A stretch of DNA of 64,000 nucleotides from an uncultured Actinomycetes bacterium (GTDB taxonomy: Bacteria > Actinomycetota > UBA4738 > HRBIN12), in the NCBI GenBank assembly GCA_963766935.1, contig CAVYBY010000008.1, positions 4,683 to 68,682 on the forward strand, given 5' to 3'. The notes below the pieces were generated by a model. That model was not told the DNA's origin. It did no database searches and saw only the letters and a program-made list of their open reading frames with translations. Positions 27,881 to 37,871 of the stretch are shown here, piece after piece. Each line of letters opens with the position of its first letter. The first letter of the stretch is position 1. The translations under genes were made by a program, and so were the position numbers.

Positions 27881-29308
27881 ATGCTCTTCCCCACGACCGA
27901 CTTCGCGATCTTCTTCGTCATCGTCTTCCTGGGTCACTGGCTCCTGAACCCGAGCCCCCGCCTGTGGAAGCCGTTCATGATCGCGGCGAGCTACGTCTTC
28001 TACGCCTGGTGGGACTGGCGATTCGTCTTCCTGCTGGCAGGCGTCAGCGCGGCGGCCCAGCTGGGAGCCCACGCCGTGGCGCGCCGGGAGGATCCCCGGC
28101 GCCGGCGCTGGGCCACCGGCCTCGCGGTCGCGGCGGTCCTGGCTCCCCTCGCGTGGTTCAAGTACTACGGATTCTTCTCCGTCAACCTCACGAACGCGTT
28201 CGCGTCTGCGCACATCCACGCGTCGCTGCCGCTCACACAGGTGCTTCTGCCCGTCGGCGTCTCGTTCTTCTCGTTCATGGCCGTCGCCTACGTCGTGGAT
28301 GTGGCCCGGGGCGAGCAGGAGCCGGCGGGAACGACGGACGTCTTCTTGTACCTCTCGTTCTTTCCTCATCTGGTCGCCGGGCCGATCGTGCGGCCGCACG
28401 AGCTGATCCCGCAGCTCGACATCCGGCGCGACGCGCGCCACATCGACGTCGCCGGCGCCGGGTGGCTGATCTTCGGCGGGTTGTTCAAGAAGGTCGTGAT
28501 CGCGAGCTACCTCTCGTCGGCGATCGTGGACCCGGTGTTCGGCGACCCGGCACGACACAGCGCGATCGAGGCGCTGGCCGCCGCGATCGGGTTCGCGGTC
28601 GTGATCTACACGGACTTCAGCGGGTACACCGACATCGCGATCGGGGTCGCAAAGCTGCTCGGGATCCAGTTCCCCGAGAACTTCAACCGGCCCTACACCG
28701 CACGTTCCATCGGGGAGTTCTGGCACCGGTGGCACATGACGCTCTCGCGATGGCTGCGCGACTACCTGTACATCCCGCTCGGCGGGAACCGCGGCACCGC
28801 GAGCCGAACGTCGGTCAACCTGTTTCTGACGATGTTGCTCGGCGGGCTGTGGCACGGGGCCGCCTGGACCTTCGTCGTCTGGGGCGGGTACCACGGGGCC
28901 CTGCTCGTTGCCGAGCGCCTGCTCGCCCGCCGGCGGGAGGGCCGCCCGAACGAATTCGCGGTCGAGACGGCCCTGCGCGTCTGGTCGCAACGGGCGGGAA
29001 CCTTCGCGCTCGTCTGCGTCGGCTGGGTCTTCTTCCGCGCGGACTCGGTGCACACGGCCGTGTCGCTGCTGGGGCGGCTCGTGACCGGGTGGACGACGCC
29101 GACCCAGCTCGTCAATCCGCTCGTGCTCGCCGTCATCGCCGGGTCGATCGCGCTGCAGTACGCGCCCCCGACCACCGCCGACGAGCTGAAGGACCGGCTG
29201 GCCCGGCTTCACCCGGCCGTGTTCGGCGCCGTCGCCGGCGCCGCGCTGATGCTCATCACCGCGCTCGGCCCAACCGGGGTCGCGCCCTTCATCTACTTCC
29301 GATTCTGA
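27881..29308 (+). CDS. MBOAT family membrane-bound O-acyltransferase (AlgI/DltB-like)
   Basis: 475-aa intact ORF. Conserved FSFMAVAYVVDV, FFPHLVAGPIVR, catalytic-His region WHRWHMTLSRWLRDYLYIPLGGNR, LWHG. Confidence 0.85.
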   Translation: MLFPTTDFAIFFVIVFLGHWLLNPSPRLWKPFMIAASYVFYAWWDWRFVFLLAGVSAAAQLGAHAVARREDPRRRRWATGLAVAAVLAPLAWFKYYGFFSVNLTNAFASAHIHASLPLTQVLLPVGVSFFSFMAVAYVVDVARGEQEPAGTTDVFLYLSFFPHLVAGPIVRPHELIPQLDIRRDARHIDVAGAGWLIFGGLFKKVVIASYLSSAIVDPVFGDPARHSAIEALAAAIGFAVVIYTDFSGYTDIAIGVAKLLGIQFPENFNRPYTARSIGEFWHRWHMTLSRWLRDYLYIPLGGNRGTASRTSVNLFLTMLLGGLWHGAAWTFVVWGGYHGALLVAERLLARRREGRPNEFAVETALRVWSQRAGTFALVCVGWVFFRADSVHTAVSLLGRLVTGWTTPTQLVNPLVLAVIAGSIALQYAPPTTADELKDRLARLHPAVFGAVAGAALMLITALGPTGVAPFIYFRF

Positions 29309-30390
29309 TGCCGAAGCCGGCCCCGAGCCCGACGCCGAACGACCGCCCGGCATTTCCGGCCGGCCGAGCGTTGGTTGCGATCCTCGTCTGCCTGCTCGTG
29401 TGGGCCCTGCTGTTCGCGCCGACGCTGCAGCACGATGCCCAGACGTCGAGACCCGGCACCCGGCGAAGCTCCGCGCTGGCGGTGCTGCGCCCGTTCGTCT
29501 GGCTCAACCGCGTCGTCGGGCTGCGCGGTCCGGCTCGGGCCGTCGACCGCGCGCTCGGTCCGGACGAGAGCGCGGGGACGGGTGACGCGGGCGACGTGCC
29601 CGAGCCCGAGCCGCTCCCCGGCGGGACACCCACCCCCACATCGAGCCCCAGCCAACGTCCCACCGAGAGTCCGGCCGCGACCGCGACCGCAACGCCGACG
29701 GTCGTGCCCGGCACCACCACGATCCGGGTGCCGAGTCCGGGCCACCGGCTGCACATCACGATCGTGGGGGATTCCCTGGCCGCCGGTCTCGGCTTCTTCG
29801 CCGAGCGGATCTTCGACCCGAACCTCGTCAACGTGTCCAGGCAGGGGCGGATCTCCACGGGACTCGCCCGCCCCGACTACTTCGACTGGGACACGCAGAT
29901 GCAAAGGATCGTCGACGCGCTGCATCCCGACCTCGTGATCGTGATGCTCGGCGAGAACGACAACCAGCCCCTGCAAAGCGTGAACGGGAAGATCCTGACG
30001 CCGATCGGAACCAGCGCCTGGCCGCCCGCGTACGAGGCGCGGGTCCGGCAGTTCGCGCAGATCGCGACGTCCGAGGGCGCGCACCTCGTCTGGGTCGGCC
30101 TCCCGATCCAGGCCGACCACAGCCGCTGGCCGCTCGTCCAGCGGCAGAACGACGTGTACCGGCGCACGATCGAGAGCCTGCCGAACTCCGCGTACTTCGA
30201 CACCTGGCAGACGTTCGCCAACCCCTCGGGCGGCTACACGGCGTTCCTGCGGCGCGACAACGGATCCGTGGTCCAGATCCGCGAGACCGACGGCCTGCAC
30301 TTCACGAGCGACGGTTACACGATCCTGGCCCGCCGGGTGGCCCAGATGGCAACGACCCTGTTCGAACTGGCGCCGTCGACGTACACCTAG
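29308..30390 (+). CDS. SGNH/GDSL hydrolase-type acyltransferase/esterase (DUF459-like) partner of MBOAT
   Basis: ATGA overlap with the MBOAT stop. N-terminal TM anchor, Pro/Thr-rich linker, then a catalytic domain with GDSLAAG (Ser block I), MLGEND, and DGLHFT (Asp/His block V). Confidence 0.7.
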   Translation: MPKPAPSPTPNDRPAFPAGRALVAILVCLLVWALLFAPTLQHDAQTSRPGTRRSSALAVLRPFVWLNRVVGLRGPARAVDRALGPDESAGTGDAGDVPEPEPLPGGTPTPTSSPSQRPTESPAATATATPTVVPGTTTIRVPSPGHRLHITIVGDSLAAGLGFFAERIFDPNLVNVSRQGRISTGLARPDYFDWDTQMQRIVDALHPDLVIVMLGENDNQPLQSVNGKILTPIGTSAWPPAYEARVRQFAQIATSEGAHLVWVGLPIQADHSRWPLVQRQNDVYRRTIESLPNSAYFDTWQTFANPSGGYTAFLRRDNGSVVQIRETDGLHFTSDGYTILARRVAQMATTLFELAPSTYT

Positions 30391-30397
30391 GCGCGCG

Positions 30398-31780
30398 TCA
30401 GACCTGGATCGGCACCTCCGGCAGATCGGCAAGCGCGCTCTCCTCGTCGGCCGGGTCGAACTCGATCTCGGGCAGCCGTCCGTTGAGGTAGTCGTCGTAG
30501 GCCTGCATGTCGAAGTGCCCGTGACCCGAGAGGTTGAACAGGATCACGCGCTCCTCGCCGGCCTCCTTGGCCTCGAGCGCCTCCTCGATCGCCCCCTTGA
30601 TCGCGTGCGCCGGCTCGGGTCCGGGCACGATCCCCTGGGTGTTCGCGAACCGGACGGCCGCCTCGAAGATCTGGTTCTGCGTGTACGCCTTTGCCTGCAT
30701 GTACCCGTCCCGCACCAGCAGCGAGAGCGACGGCGAGTCGCCGTGGTAGCGCAAGCCACCGGCGTGGACGGGCGCCGGGACGAACCCGTGCCCGAGCGTG
30801 TACATCGCCACGATCGGCCCGATCCCCGCGGTGTCGCCGTAGTCGAACGCGAACCGCCCCTTCGTGAGCGTGGGGCACGCGGCCGGCTCGGTCGCCAGGA
30901 AACGCATGTCCGGAGTGTCGCCGCGCAGCTTGCCGGCCATGAACGGATACGCGAGACCGGCGTAGTTGGACCCTCCCCCGACACATCCGATGACGACGTC
31001 GGGCTGCTCGCCCGCCATCTCCATCTGCTTCTGCGCCTCGAGACCGATCACGCTCTGGTGCAAAAGGACGTGCCCGAGCACCGAGCCGAGCGAGTAGTTC
31101 GTGTCCTCGTGGGTCGCCGCATCCTCGACGGCCTCGCTGATGGCGATCCCGAGCGAACCGGTCGAGTCCGGATGCTGCGCGAGAATCCCGCGCCCGCTGT
31201 TGGTGCGATCCGACGGCGACGGGATGACCTCGCTGCCGAAGGTCTCCATGAAGATGCGCCGGTACGGCTTCTGGTCGTAGGACGCCCTCACCATGTAGAC
31301 GGTGCACTCGAGGCCGAAGAAACTGCACGCCATCGCCATCGCGGAGCCCCATTGCCCGGCGCCGGTCTCGGTGGCGATCCGGCGGATCCCCGCCTCCTTG
31401 TTGTAGTAGGCCTGCGGGACCGCCGTGTTGGGCTTGTGCGAGCCCGCCGGCGAGCCGCCCTCGTACTTGAAGTAGATGTGCGCGGGCGTGTCGAGCTCGC
31501 GTTCAAGGCGCACCGCCCGGAACAGCGGCGAGGGCCTCCACAGCTTGTAGACGTCGAGCACCGGACCGGGGATGTCGATCCACTGGTCCATCGACACCTC
31601 CTGCCCGATGAGCGACATCGGAAACAGCGGGGCGAGGTCGTCGGGTCCGAGCGGCTGCTTCGTCTGTGGGCTGAGCGGCGGCAGCGGCTGAATCCGCTGC
31701 GCGAGGTCGGGCATGATGTTGAACCACGCCGATGGGATGTCGTCCCAGGCAAGGTCGAACCGGGTGCGCTCATCGGTCAT
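30398..31780 (-). CDS. trpB2: tryptophan synthase beta-chain-like PLP enzyme, TrpB2 type
   Basis: 460 aa. Long N-terminal extension typical of TrpB2. PLP lysine block [26 protein letters not shown] and [13 protein letters not shown]. Confidence 0.85.
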   Translation of the reverse strand: MTDERTRFDLAWDDIPSAWFNIMPDLAQRIQPLPPLSPQTKQPLGPDDLAPLFPMSLIGQEVSMDQWIDIPGPVLDVYKLWRPSPLFRAVRLERELDTPAHIYFKYEGGSPAGSHKPNTAVPQAYYNKEAGIRRIATETGAGQWGSAMAMACSFFGLECTVYMVRASYDQKPYRRIFMETFGSEVIPSPSDRTNSGRGILAQHPDSTGSLGIAISEAVEDAATHEDTNYSLGSVLGHVLLHQSVIGLEAQKQMEMAGEQPDVVIGCVGGGSNYAGLAYPFMAGKLRGDTPDMRFLATEPAACPTLTKGRFAFDYGDTAGIGPIVAMYTLGHGFVPAPVHAGGLRYHGDSPSLSLLVRDGYMQAKAYTQNQIFEAAVRFANTQGIVPGPEPAHAIKGAIEEALEAKEAGEERVILFNLSGHGHFDMQAYDDYLNGRLPEIEFDPADEESALADLPEVPIQV

Positions 31781-31819
31781 GGCGGGACCTCCTGCAGGTC
31801 AGCGACAGTGGCGGGGAGC

Positions 31820-32204
31820 CTACTCTGAGGGGTCACCCGGTGCCAGCGGCGTTCCGGCGACCGTTCCGGCTACCGTTCCGGCTACCGGGGCGACTTCGAC
31901 CCAGCCGTCGATCTCCCTGACCGCGAACACGAGCACCGGGTCGCTCGCCGGCCCCTCGATCGGCTCACCGGTCTCGAGATCGAAGACGCTGCCGTCGCTC
32001 ATGCACCGGATGCCCTCGTCGTGCTCCGTCGAGCTCGCCTTCGGCCAGCGAGCACCCGGCGTTCGTGCACTCGTCCGAGACACCGAGCAAACGGTGGTCG
32101 ACGTGCGCGATCGCGACCCGGCCCGCCGGATGGTCGAACGCGCGGATCTCGCCGTCGGGCACCTCGCCGACCGAACCGACGCGGATCCACTCCACGGGCG
32201 TCAC
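31820..32204 (-). CDS. Rieske-like ferredoxin-fold protein lacking both His ligands, one frameshift
   Basis: GTG at 32204 overlapping (GTGA) the stop of the upstream gene. VEWIRVGSVGEVPDGEIRAFDHPAGRVAIAHVDHRLLGVSDECTNAGCSLAEGELD / EHDEGIRCMSDGSVFDLETGEPIEGPASDPVLVFAVREIDGWVEV. Box 1 is C-T-N instead of C-x-H, box 2 is C-M-S-D instead of C-x-x-H. Frame change near 32060. Confidence 0.5.
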
Positions 32205-32855
32205 ACCGAGACGAGCGCGGACCACGCGCGCTGCAAGACGGTCACTGCCCCGAGGATCGCGAGCAGGACGAGCACGACGGGCATGGCGCCGGGGATCGCA
32301 AGACCGGCGAGCAGCGCCAGGAATCGCTCGAGCCGCTGGAAGTACCCCTCGGTCATGCTCACACCGGCCGCCTCGGCCTCCGCCCGGACGTGACTCACCG
32401 AGAGGCTGACGACGAGGGTCACGAGGGAGAGCGCGCGCGAGCCCCGCCTCCCCGCGATGCGAGAACAACCAGAAGAGCGACGCGAACAGGACCATGTCCG
32501 AGACCCGGTCGAGCACCGAGTCGAGAAACGCGCCCGATCGCTTCTCTTCGCCGCGGTGGCGGGCGACCGATCCGTCGAACACATCGCAGAGCCCCGCGGC
32601 CAGCAGGACCCACGCCGCGGCGAACCACGAGCCGGTGACGATCAGCGTGGCCGCGCCGATCGTCAAGACCAGCGACAGCAGGGTCAGCTGCCAGGGGCGG
32701 ACGCCCGTCCACAAGATGAACGCGAGAAACGCGCGATACGGCCAGGCGAACCAGCGCTGCATCGCGCCGCCTGCCGCGCCCTCGCTCCGCCGTGGCGCCG
32801 GCATGTCCCGGACACGCGGGGCCTCGGGGCGCGCGTCGCGGCCGGCGGTGGTCAT
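32201..32855 (-). CDS. CDP-alcohol phosphatidyltransferase family protein, one frameshift near 32440
   Basis: N-terminus in the 31965..32855 frame (LTLLSLVLTIGAATLIV...DVFDGSVARHRGEEKRSGAFLDSVLDRVSDM = the D-G-x2-A-R-x8-G-x3-D-x3-D motif). C-terminal TM helices in ORF 32201..32584. Confidence 0.65.
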
Positions 32856-32862
32856 CGCCGGG

Positions 32863-33403
32863 TCAGCCGGTGAACGGCTTGAAGCCGACCACGACGTACC
32901 GGAAGCTCCCGGCGGGCGCCTTGACGACGACCTCCTGGCCCTCCCTCGCGCCCGCGAGGACCGTGCCGAGCGGAGAGGACGTGGTGACCGTGCGGGCCCC
33001 CGGCGCGCGCTCCTCGGCGTGTTCGGCGAACAAGTAGGTCTCTTCCTCGCCGTCGTCGCCGTCGTCGAGCGGCCGCACGGTGACGAGCATCCCGGGCCCG
33101 ACCTGGTCCGAGCCCGGCGGCGGCTCGACGATCTCGGGATCGCGAAGCATCGACCGCAGACGCCGGATCCGCGCCTCCATCAAGCCCTGCTCGTTCTTGG
33201 CGGCGTCGTACTCGGCGTTCTCCCGGATGTCGCCCAGCTCGCGCGCAGCCTTCAGATCGCTCGGCGAGCCGCTCGCGTCCGTTGCTCGAGAGGTCGTCGA
33301 GCTCCGCCTTCAGACGTCCGTAGGCGTCGAGGGTGAGCGTTGCGCTCGGCTTCTGGCTGAGCTTGCGGACCGGCCGGCCCCGAAGCTCCTCGGGAAGTTC
33401 CAT
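32863..33403 (-). CDS. greA: transcription elongation factor GreA, one frameshift near 33260
   Basis: Manual translation gives MELPEELRGRPVRKLSQKPSATLTLDAYGRLKAELDDLSSNGRERLAE / DLKAARELGDIRENAEYDAAKNEQGLMEARIRRLRSML. The C-terminal FKBP-like domain is in ORF 32863..33183 (GMLVTVRPLDDGDDGEEETYLFA...VVVKAPAGSFRYVVVGFK). Confidence 0.7.
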
Positions 33404-33435
33404 TGGGACGAATCTATCAATTGCCCCAGCCGGGG

Positions 33436-34866
33436 CTACTCCTGGGAGAAATAGACGTTCTTGACCTCGGTGTACAGGTTCACCGCGTGCATCCCCATCT
33501 CGCGGCCCATCCCGCTCTGCTTGTAGCCGCCGAACGGGGCCTCCGTGTGCACGCTGCCGGAGGAGTTGACGCTGAGATTGCCGGTCCGGATGCCCTTGGC
33601 CACGCGGATGGCCCGGCCGAGGTCGCGCGTCCAGATCGAGCCGGACAGGCCGTACGGCGACTCGTTGGCCATCCGGACGGCGTCGTCCTCCGTGTCGAAC
33701 GGAATGACGCACACGACCGGTCCGAAGATCTCCTCGCGGGCGACGCGCCAGCCGTTGTCGACGTCGGCCAGGAGCGCGGGGCGCAGGAAGAAGCCGGGCC
33801 CGTTCGGCACTTCGCCGCCGACGACGAGCCGGGCGCCCTCCTTCGCCCCGATGTCGAGGTAGTCGAGCGACGTCTGCCGCTGGGCCGCGCTGATCATCGG
33901 GCCCATCTCGGTCGTCTCGTCCAGTGGCTGCCCGACGAGGATCCCGCGGGTCCGCTCGGCAAGCCGTTCGACGAACTCGTCGTAGATCGCGCGCTGCACG
34001 AGCTGCCGCGAACGCGCGCAGCAATCCTGTCCGGCGTTGTCGAACACCGACCAGAGCGACTTCTCGACGCAGACGTCGAGGTCCGCGTCGGCGAACACGA
34101 CGTTGGCGCTCTTGCCGCCCAGCTCGAGCGAGACGCGGGTGATGTTCTCCGCCGCCGCCTGCATCACCTTGACGCCGACCTCCGTCGAGCCCGTGAAGCT
34201 GACCTTGGCCACACGCGGGTCCGAGACGAGCGCGGTCGCGACCGAGGAACCCGGCCCCGGCAAGACCGAGAGCGTCCCATCCGGCAGCCCGGCCTCGGCC
34301 AGGATCTCCGCGATCGCGAGCGCCGTGAGCGGCGTCTGGGTCGCGGGCTTGACGACCGCCGTGTTGCCGCACGCGAGCGCGGGCGCGATCTTCCACGAGG
34401 CGATGACGGCGGGGAAGTTCCACGGCGTGATCAGCGCGCACACCCCGACCGGCTCGCGCAGCGTCACGTCGAGGCCGGGCGGAACGATCGGGATCGTCTC
34501 GCCGAGGATCTTGTTCGCGGCGCCGCCCCAGTACTCGAAGACGTTCGCGACGATGTCGATCTCGCCGCGCGCCGCCGAGATCGGTTTGCCGCCGTTGCGA
34601 GCCTCGAGCGTGGCGAGGTCCTCGAGCCGCTCGCGGATCAGAAACGACGCCTTGGTGAGCACGCGGCCGCGCTCGCGCGCGCTCACGCGCGGCCAGGGCC
34701 CCTCCTCGAAGGCGCGGGATGCCACCTCGACCGCCCTGGCGGCATCGGCCGGCCCGGCCTGGGCCACATCGGCCATGGACGCGGCGGTCGCCGGCTCGAT
34801 GACCTCGAATGTCGCGCCGTCGGCCGCGGCGACCCGCTTCCCACCAATTGCGAGCAGCTCTGCCAC
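33436..34866 (-). CDS. NAD(P)-dependent aldehyde dehydrogenase
   Basis: Intact 476 aa. ITPWNFP, GNTAVVKPA, catalytic LELGGKSANVVF and GQDCCARSR (Cys), EEIFGPV. Confidence 0.9.
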   Translation of the reverse strand: MAELLAIGGKRVAAADGATFEVIEPATAASMADVAQAGPADAARAVEVASRAFEEGPWPRVSARERGRVLTKASFLIRERLEDLATLEARNGGKPISAARGEIDIVANVFEYWGGAANKILGETIPIVPPGLDVTLREPVGVCALITPWNFPAVIASWKIAPALACGNTAVVKPATQTPLTALAIAEILAEAGLPDGTLSVLPGPGSSVATALVSDPRVAKVSFTGSTEVGVKVMQAAAENITRVSLELGGKSANVVFADADLDVCVEKSLWSVFDNAGQDCCARSRQLVQRAIYDEFVERLAERTRGILVGQPLDETTEMGPMISAAQRQTSLDYLDIGAKEGARLVVGGEVPNGPGFFLRPALLADVDNGWRVAREEIFGPVVCVIPFDTEDDAVRMANESPYGLSGSIWTRDLGRAIRVAKGIRTGNLSVNSSGSVHTEAPFGGYKQSGMGREMGMHAVNLYTEVKNVYFSQE

Positions 34867-34881
34867 GCGTCCCCCTTCGGA

Positions 34882-35214
34882 TCAGGCGCCGGTCACGTAG
34901 ACGCGCGCCTGCTCGGCCAGCCCGGCCCAGCGCTTCGCGTGAGCCGGCGGAACGAAGACCCACTCCTTCATGGCGCGGCCCATGCCCGAGGGGTCGAAGA
35001 GCTGCGCGCCCTTCAGACCGAGCGCGGCCGCGTGCGCCTCCCCGCCGAGCTTGAAGACCATCGCGTCGCCGTAGACACCGGCGAACGCCTTGCCTCCGGC
35101 CCGCAGGCTCGGCATCCCGAACATCTTCGCGACCGAGACGCCACGATCGGCCAGGTCCTCCGCGACCCTCTGGAACTTCCGCGTCGTCGTCGGCGGCGTC
35201 GCCGGGATCTCCAC
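34882..35214 (-). CDS. TfoX N-terminal domain-like protein (start uncertain)
   Basis: KMFGMPSLRAGGKAFAGVYGDAMVFKLGGEAHAAAL...MGRAMKEWVFVPP fits the TfoX_N fold pattern (MFGg.af.vnGkmFa...lvvKl...g.pmkgwv.v). The upstream part of the listed ORF overlaps the divergent SDR start and is unlikely to be coding. Confidence 0.45.
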   Translation of the reverse strand: MEIPATPPTTTRKFQRVAEDLADRGVSVAKMFGMPSLRAGGKAFAGVYGDAMVFKLGGEAHAAALGLKGAQLFDPSGMGRAMKEWVFVPPAHAKRWAGLAEQARVYVTGA

Positions 35215-35278
35215 GCGCGTGATGGTAGCCGCCGTGGGCGTACCCTTCTCGGCGCACACGAGAGCGAGGAGGTCGACG

Positions 35279-36055
35279 GTGCGTCTCGACGGCAAGGTGG
35301 CGCTGATCACGGGGGGCGGCAGCGGCATGGGAAAGGTCGCCTCGATGCTGTTCGCCTCGGAAGGCGCGCGCGTCGTCCTGACCGACGTCGCCGACGAGGC
35401 CGGCGAAGCGGTCGCGGCTCAGATCGGCTCGGACGGCGGCGAAGCGCTCTTCGTGCACGCCGACGTCTCCGTCGAGGCAGACGCGAAGGCGATGGTCGGC
35501 GCGGCGGTCAAACAGTTCGGCGGGCTCGACGTGCTCTACAACAACGCCGGCGTGATGCTCGGCGCCGACGGTTCCGTCGAGTCGACCGACGCCTCCGTGT
35601 GGGACAAGACGCTCGCGATCAACGTCAAAGGTGTTGCCTTCGGATGCAAATACGGCGTGCCGGCGATGATCGCGTCGGGCGGCGGCTCGATCATCAACGT
35701 CGCCTCGTTCGTCGCGTGGCTGGGCGCCGCCACGTCGCAGACCGCCTACACCGCCTCGAAGGGCGCGGTGCTCGCCATGACACGCGAGATCGCGGTCGAG
35801 TACGCCCGAAAGGGCATCCGCTGCAACGCATTGTGCCCGGGGCCGATCGACACCCCGCTGCTCGCGGAGCTTCTCTCCGACCCCGCCAAGCGTCAGCGGC
35901 GCTTCGTCCACATCCCGATGGGCCGGCTCGGACAGGCCGAGGAGCTGGCCAAGGCGGCGCTGTTTCTCGCCTCCGACGACTCGTCCTACATGACCGGCGC
36001 CTCACTCATCGTCGACGGCGGCATCACGGCCGCCTACGTGACCCCCGAGGACTGA
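35279..36055 (+). CDS. SDR family NAD(P)-dependent oxidoreductase
   Basis: GTG start 8 nt after GAGGAGG. VRLDGKVALITGGGSGMGK (TGxxxGxG), NNAG, catalytic YTASKGAV (YxxxK), PGPIDTPL. Confidence 0.85.
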   Translation: MRLDGKVALITGGGSGMGKVASMLFASEGARVVLTDVADEAGEAVAAQIGSDGGEALFVHADVSVEADAKAMVGAAVKQFGGLDVLYNNAGVMLGADGSVESTDASVWDKTLAINVKGVAFGCKYGVPAMIASGGGSIINVASFVAWLGAATSQTAYTASKGAVLAMTREIAVEYARKGIRCNALCPGPIDTPLLAELLSDPAKRQRRFVHIPMGRLGQAEELAKAALFLASDDSSYMTGASLIVDGGITAAYVTPED

Positions 36056-36185
36056 TCCGAGCCCCGGGCGGCAGCCCCCGAGAAAACCGTTTGACAGACA
36101 AGCGGCGATTGTGGCTCGATACCGCCGAAAGCGGCTCGTGGACAATCGGAAGGGGGGTTCCACGTGGCTGAAGGAAGAGGAGGGC

Positions 36186-37690
36186 ATGAGCGCCGCGTCG
36201 GCTCCGTCACCTACCAAGAGGTAGGTCGAGGAGTACTTCGACAAGCGGGGGCTTCGGCGCCACGCAGGGGTGTGGTCGCTGTGGGCGCTCGGCGTCGGCG
36301 CCGTCATCTCCGGCGACTTCTACGGCTGGAACGCGGGACTGGGGACCGGTGGCTTCGGCGGTCTGCTGATCGCGACCGCCGTCATCGCCGTCATGTACTA
36401 CGGCCTGTGCTACTGCATCGCGGAGATGTCGCCCGCGCTGCCGCACACCGGCGGGGCGTACTCGTTCGCGCGGTCCGCGATGGGCCCGTGGGGCGGCTTC
36501 CTGACCGGCCTCGCCGAGAACATGGAGTACGTCATCACGCCGGCCGTCGTCGTGGCCGCCATGGGCCTGCTGATGCACGACATCATGAAGGACCTGTTCA
36601 ACATCAGCGGCGAGCCCTTCTACAACAGCGAACCGTTCTGGTGGTTCGTCTTCTACGTCATCTTCGTGGGGATCAACATCATCGGCATCGAGGCGACGAT
36701 GCGATTCACGATCGCGATCACCGTCGTCGCACTCGGGATCCTCGCGGTCTTCTACGTCTCCGCGCTGGTCTCCGGGAAGTTCCACCCGAGCCTGTGGTGG
36801 AACATCCCGAAGGGCGGCGGCGACGCAGCGCTGTCGGGCGGCGGAGGTCCGTTCCTGCCGTTCGGCTTCTCGGGAATCCTCAAATCGTTGCCGTTCGCCA
36901 TCTGGTTCTACCTGGCGATCGAAGAGGTGCCGCTGGCGGCCGAGGAGTCGATGGACCCTCGGCGCGACGTCCCGAAGGGAACGATCTGGGGATGCACACC
37001 CTCCTCATCGCGAGCGTCCTGACCCTGTTCATCAACTCCGGCGTCGGCGGCGGCGCGTTCTCACTCGGCTCCTCGGGCACGCCGTTGTTCGACGGCTTCA
37101 AGGGCGTCTTCGGCGAGGGAACCGGAGCGAACCTGCTGGGGCTGATCGGGCTGCTGGGTCTGATCGCCAGCTTCTTCACGATCATCTACGCCTACGGGCG
37201 AAACACGTACTCGCTCTCTCGCGCCGGGTACTTCCCGAAGTTCCTCTCGGTCACCTCCGGCAAGCGCAAGACCCCGCAGGTCGCGCTTGTCGCCGGAGCG
37301 ATCGTCGGGTACTTCGTGGTGTGGCTGCAATGGTTCGAGGGCAGGCGAGGCGGCAGCTCGTCGGCCAAGGTCGTCGCGGCCGTTCTGTACATGGCGGTGT
37401 TCGCCGCGGTCATCTCCTACACGCTGCAGTGCATCTCGTTCATCATGCTGCGGCGGCGGCTGCCGAACATCAACCGGCCGTACCGCAGCCCGTGGGGAGA
37501 GGCCGGAGCCGCGGTGGCGGGCATCATCGCCGTCGTGTCGCTCTGCTCGATCTTCCTCAACGCCGACTACCGGCCGGGCGTGTACGGGGTCGCGGTGTAC
37601 TACGTCCTCGGGGTCGATCTACTTCGCGATCGCCGGGCGGCACCGCCTGGTGCTCTCGCCGGAAGAGGAGTTCGCGCTGACGGCGGGTGA
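36186..37690 (+). CDS. ethanolamine permease (Eat/EutP, APC family), disrupted: in-frame TAG at codon 13 plus at least two frameshifts (~36985, ~37615); 3' end unresolved
   Basis: MSAASAPSPTKR-TAG-VEEYFDKRGLRRHAGVWSLWALGVGAVISGDFYGWN... (Eat N-terminal signature). Continues AEESMDPRRDVPKGTIWG / HTLLIASVLTLFINSGVGGG ... NADYRPGVYGVAVYYVLG / IYFAIAGRHRLVLSPEEEFALTAGER across three frames. Confidence 0.65.
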
Positions 37691-37871
37691 GCGGGGCGTG
37701 CCGCCAGGAGTCCTACGGCACGTCGGGTGCGGAGCAGGAGGCCATCCTGCGCGGGGGACGACACCCCGCCGCCGGCCACGACCTAGCCGCAGAGGAAAGC
37801 ACCGTCGGTGCGCGGAGCGCGGCGGCCCGGAAGCGGGGCGCCGCGCTCCCGCGCGTAGGGAGGCGACGACG

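Noticed and set aside
27806-29353. 515-aa minus-strand ORF
   Set aside because: Antisense to the MBOAT gene. Arg/Glu/Asp/Pro-rich with no hydrophobic core.
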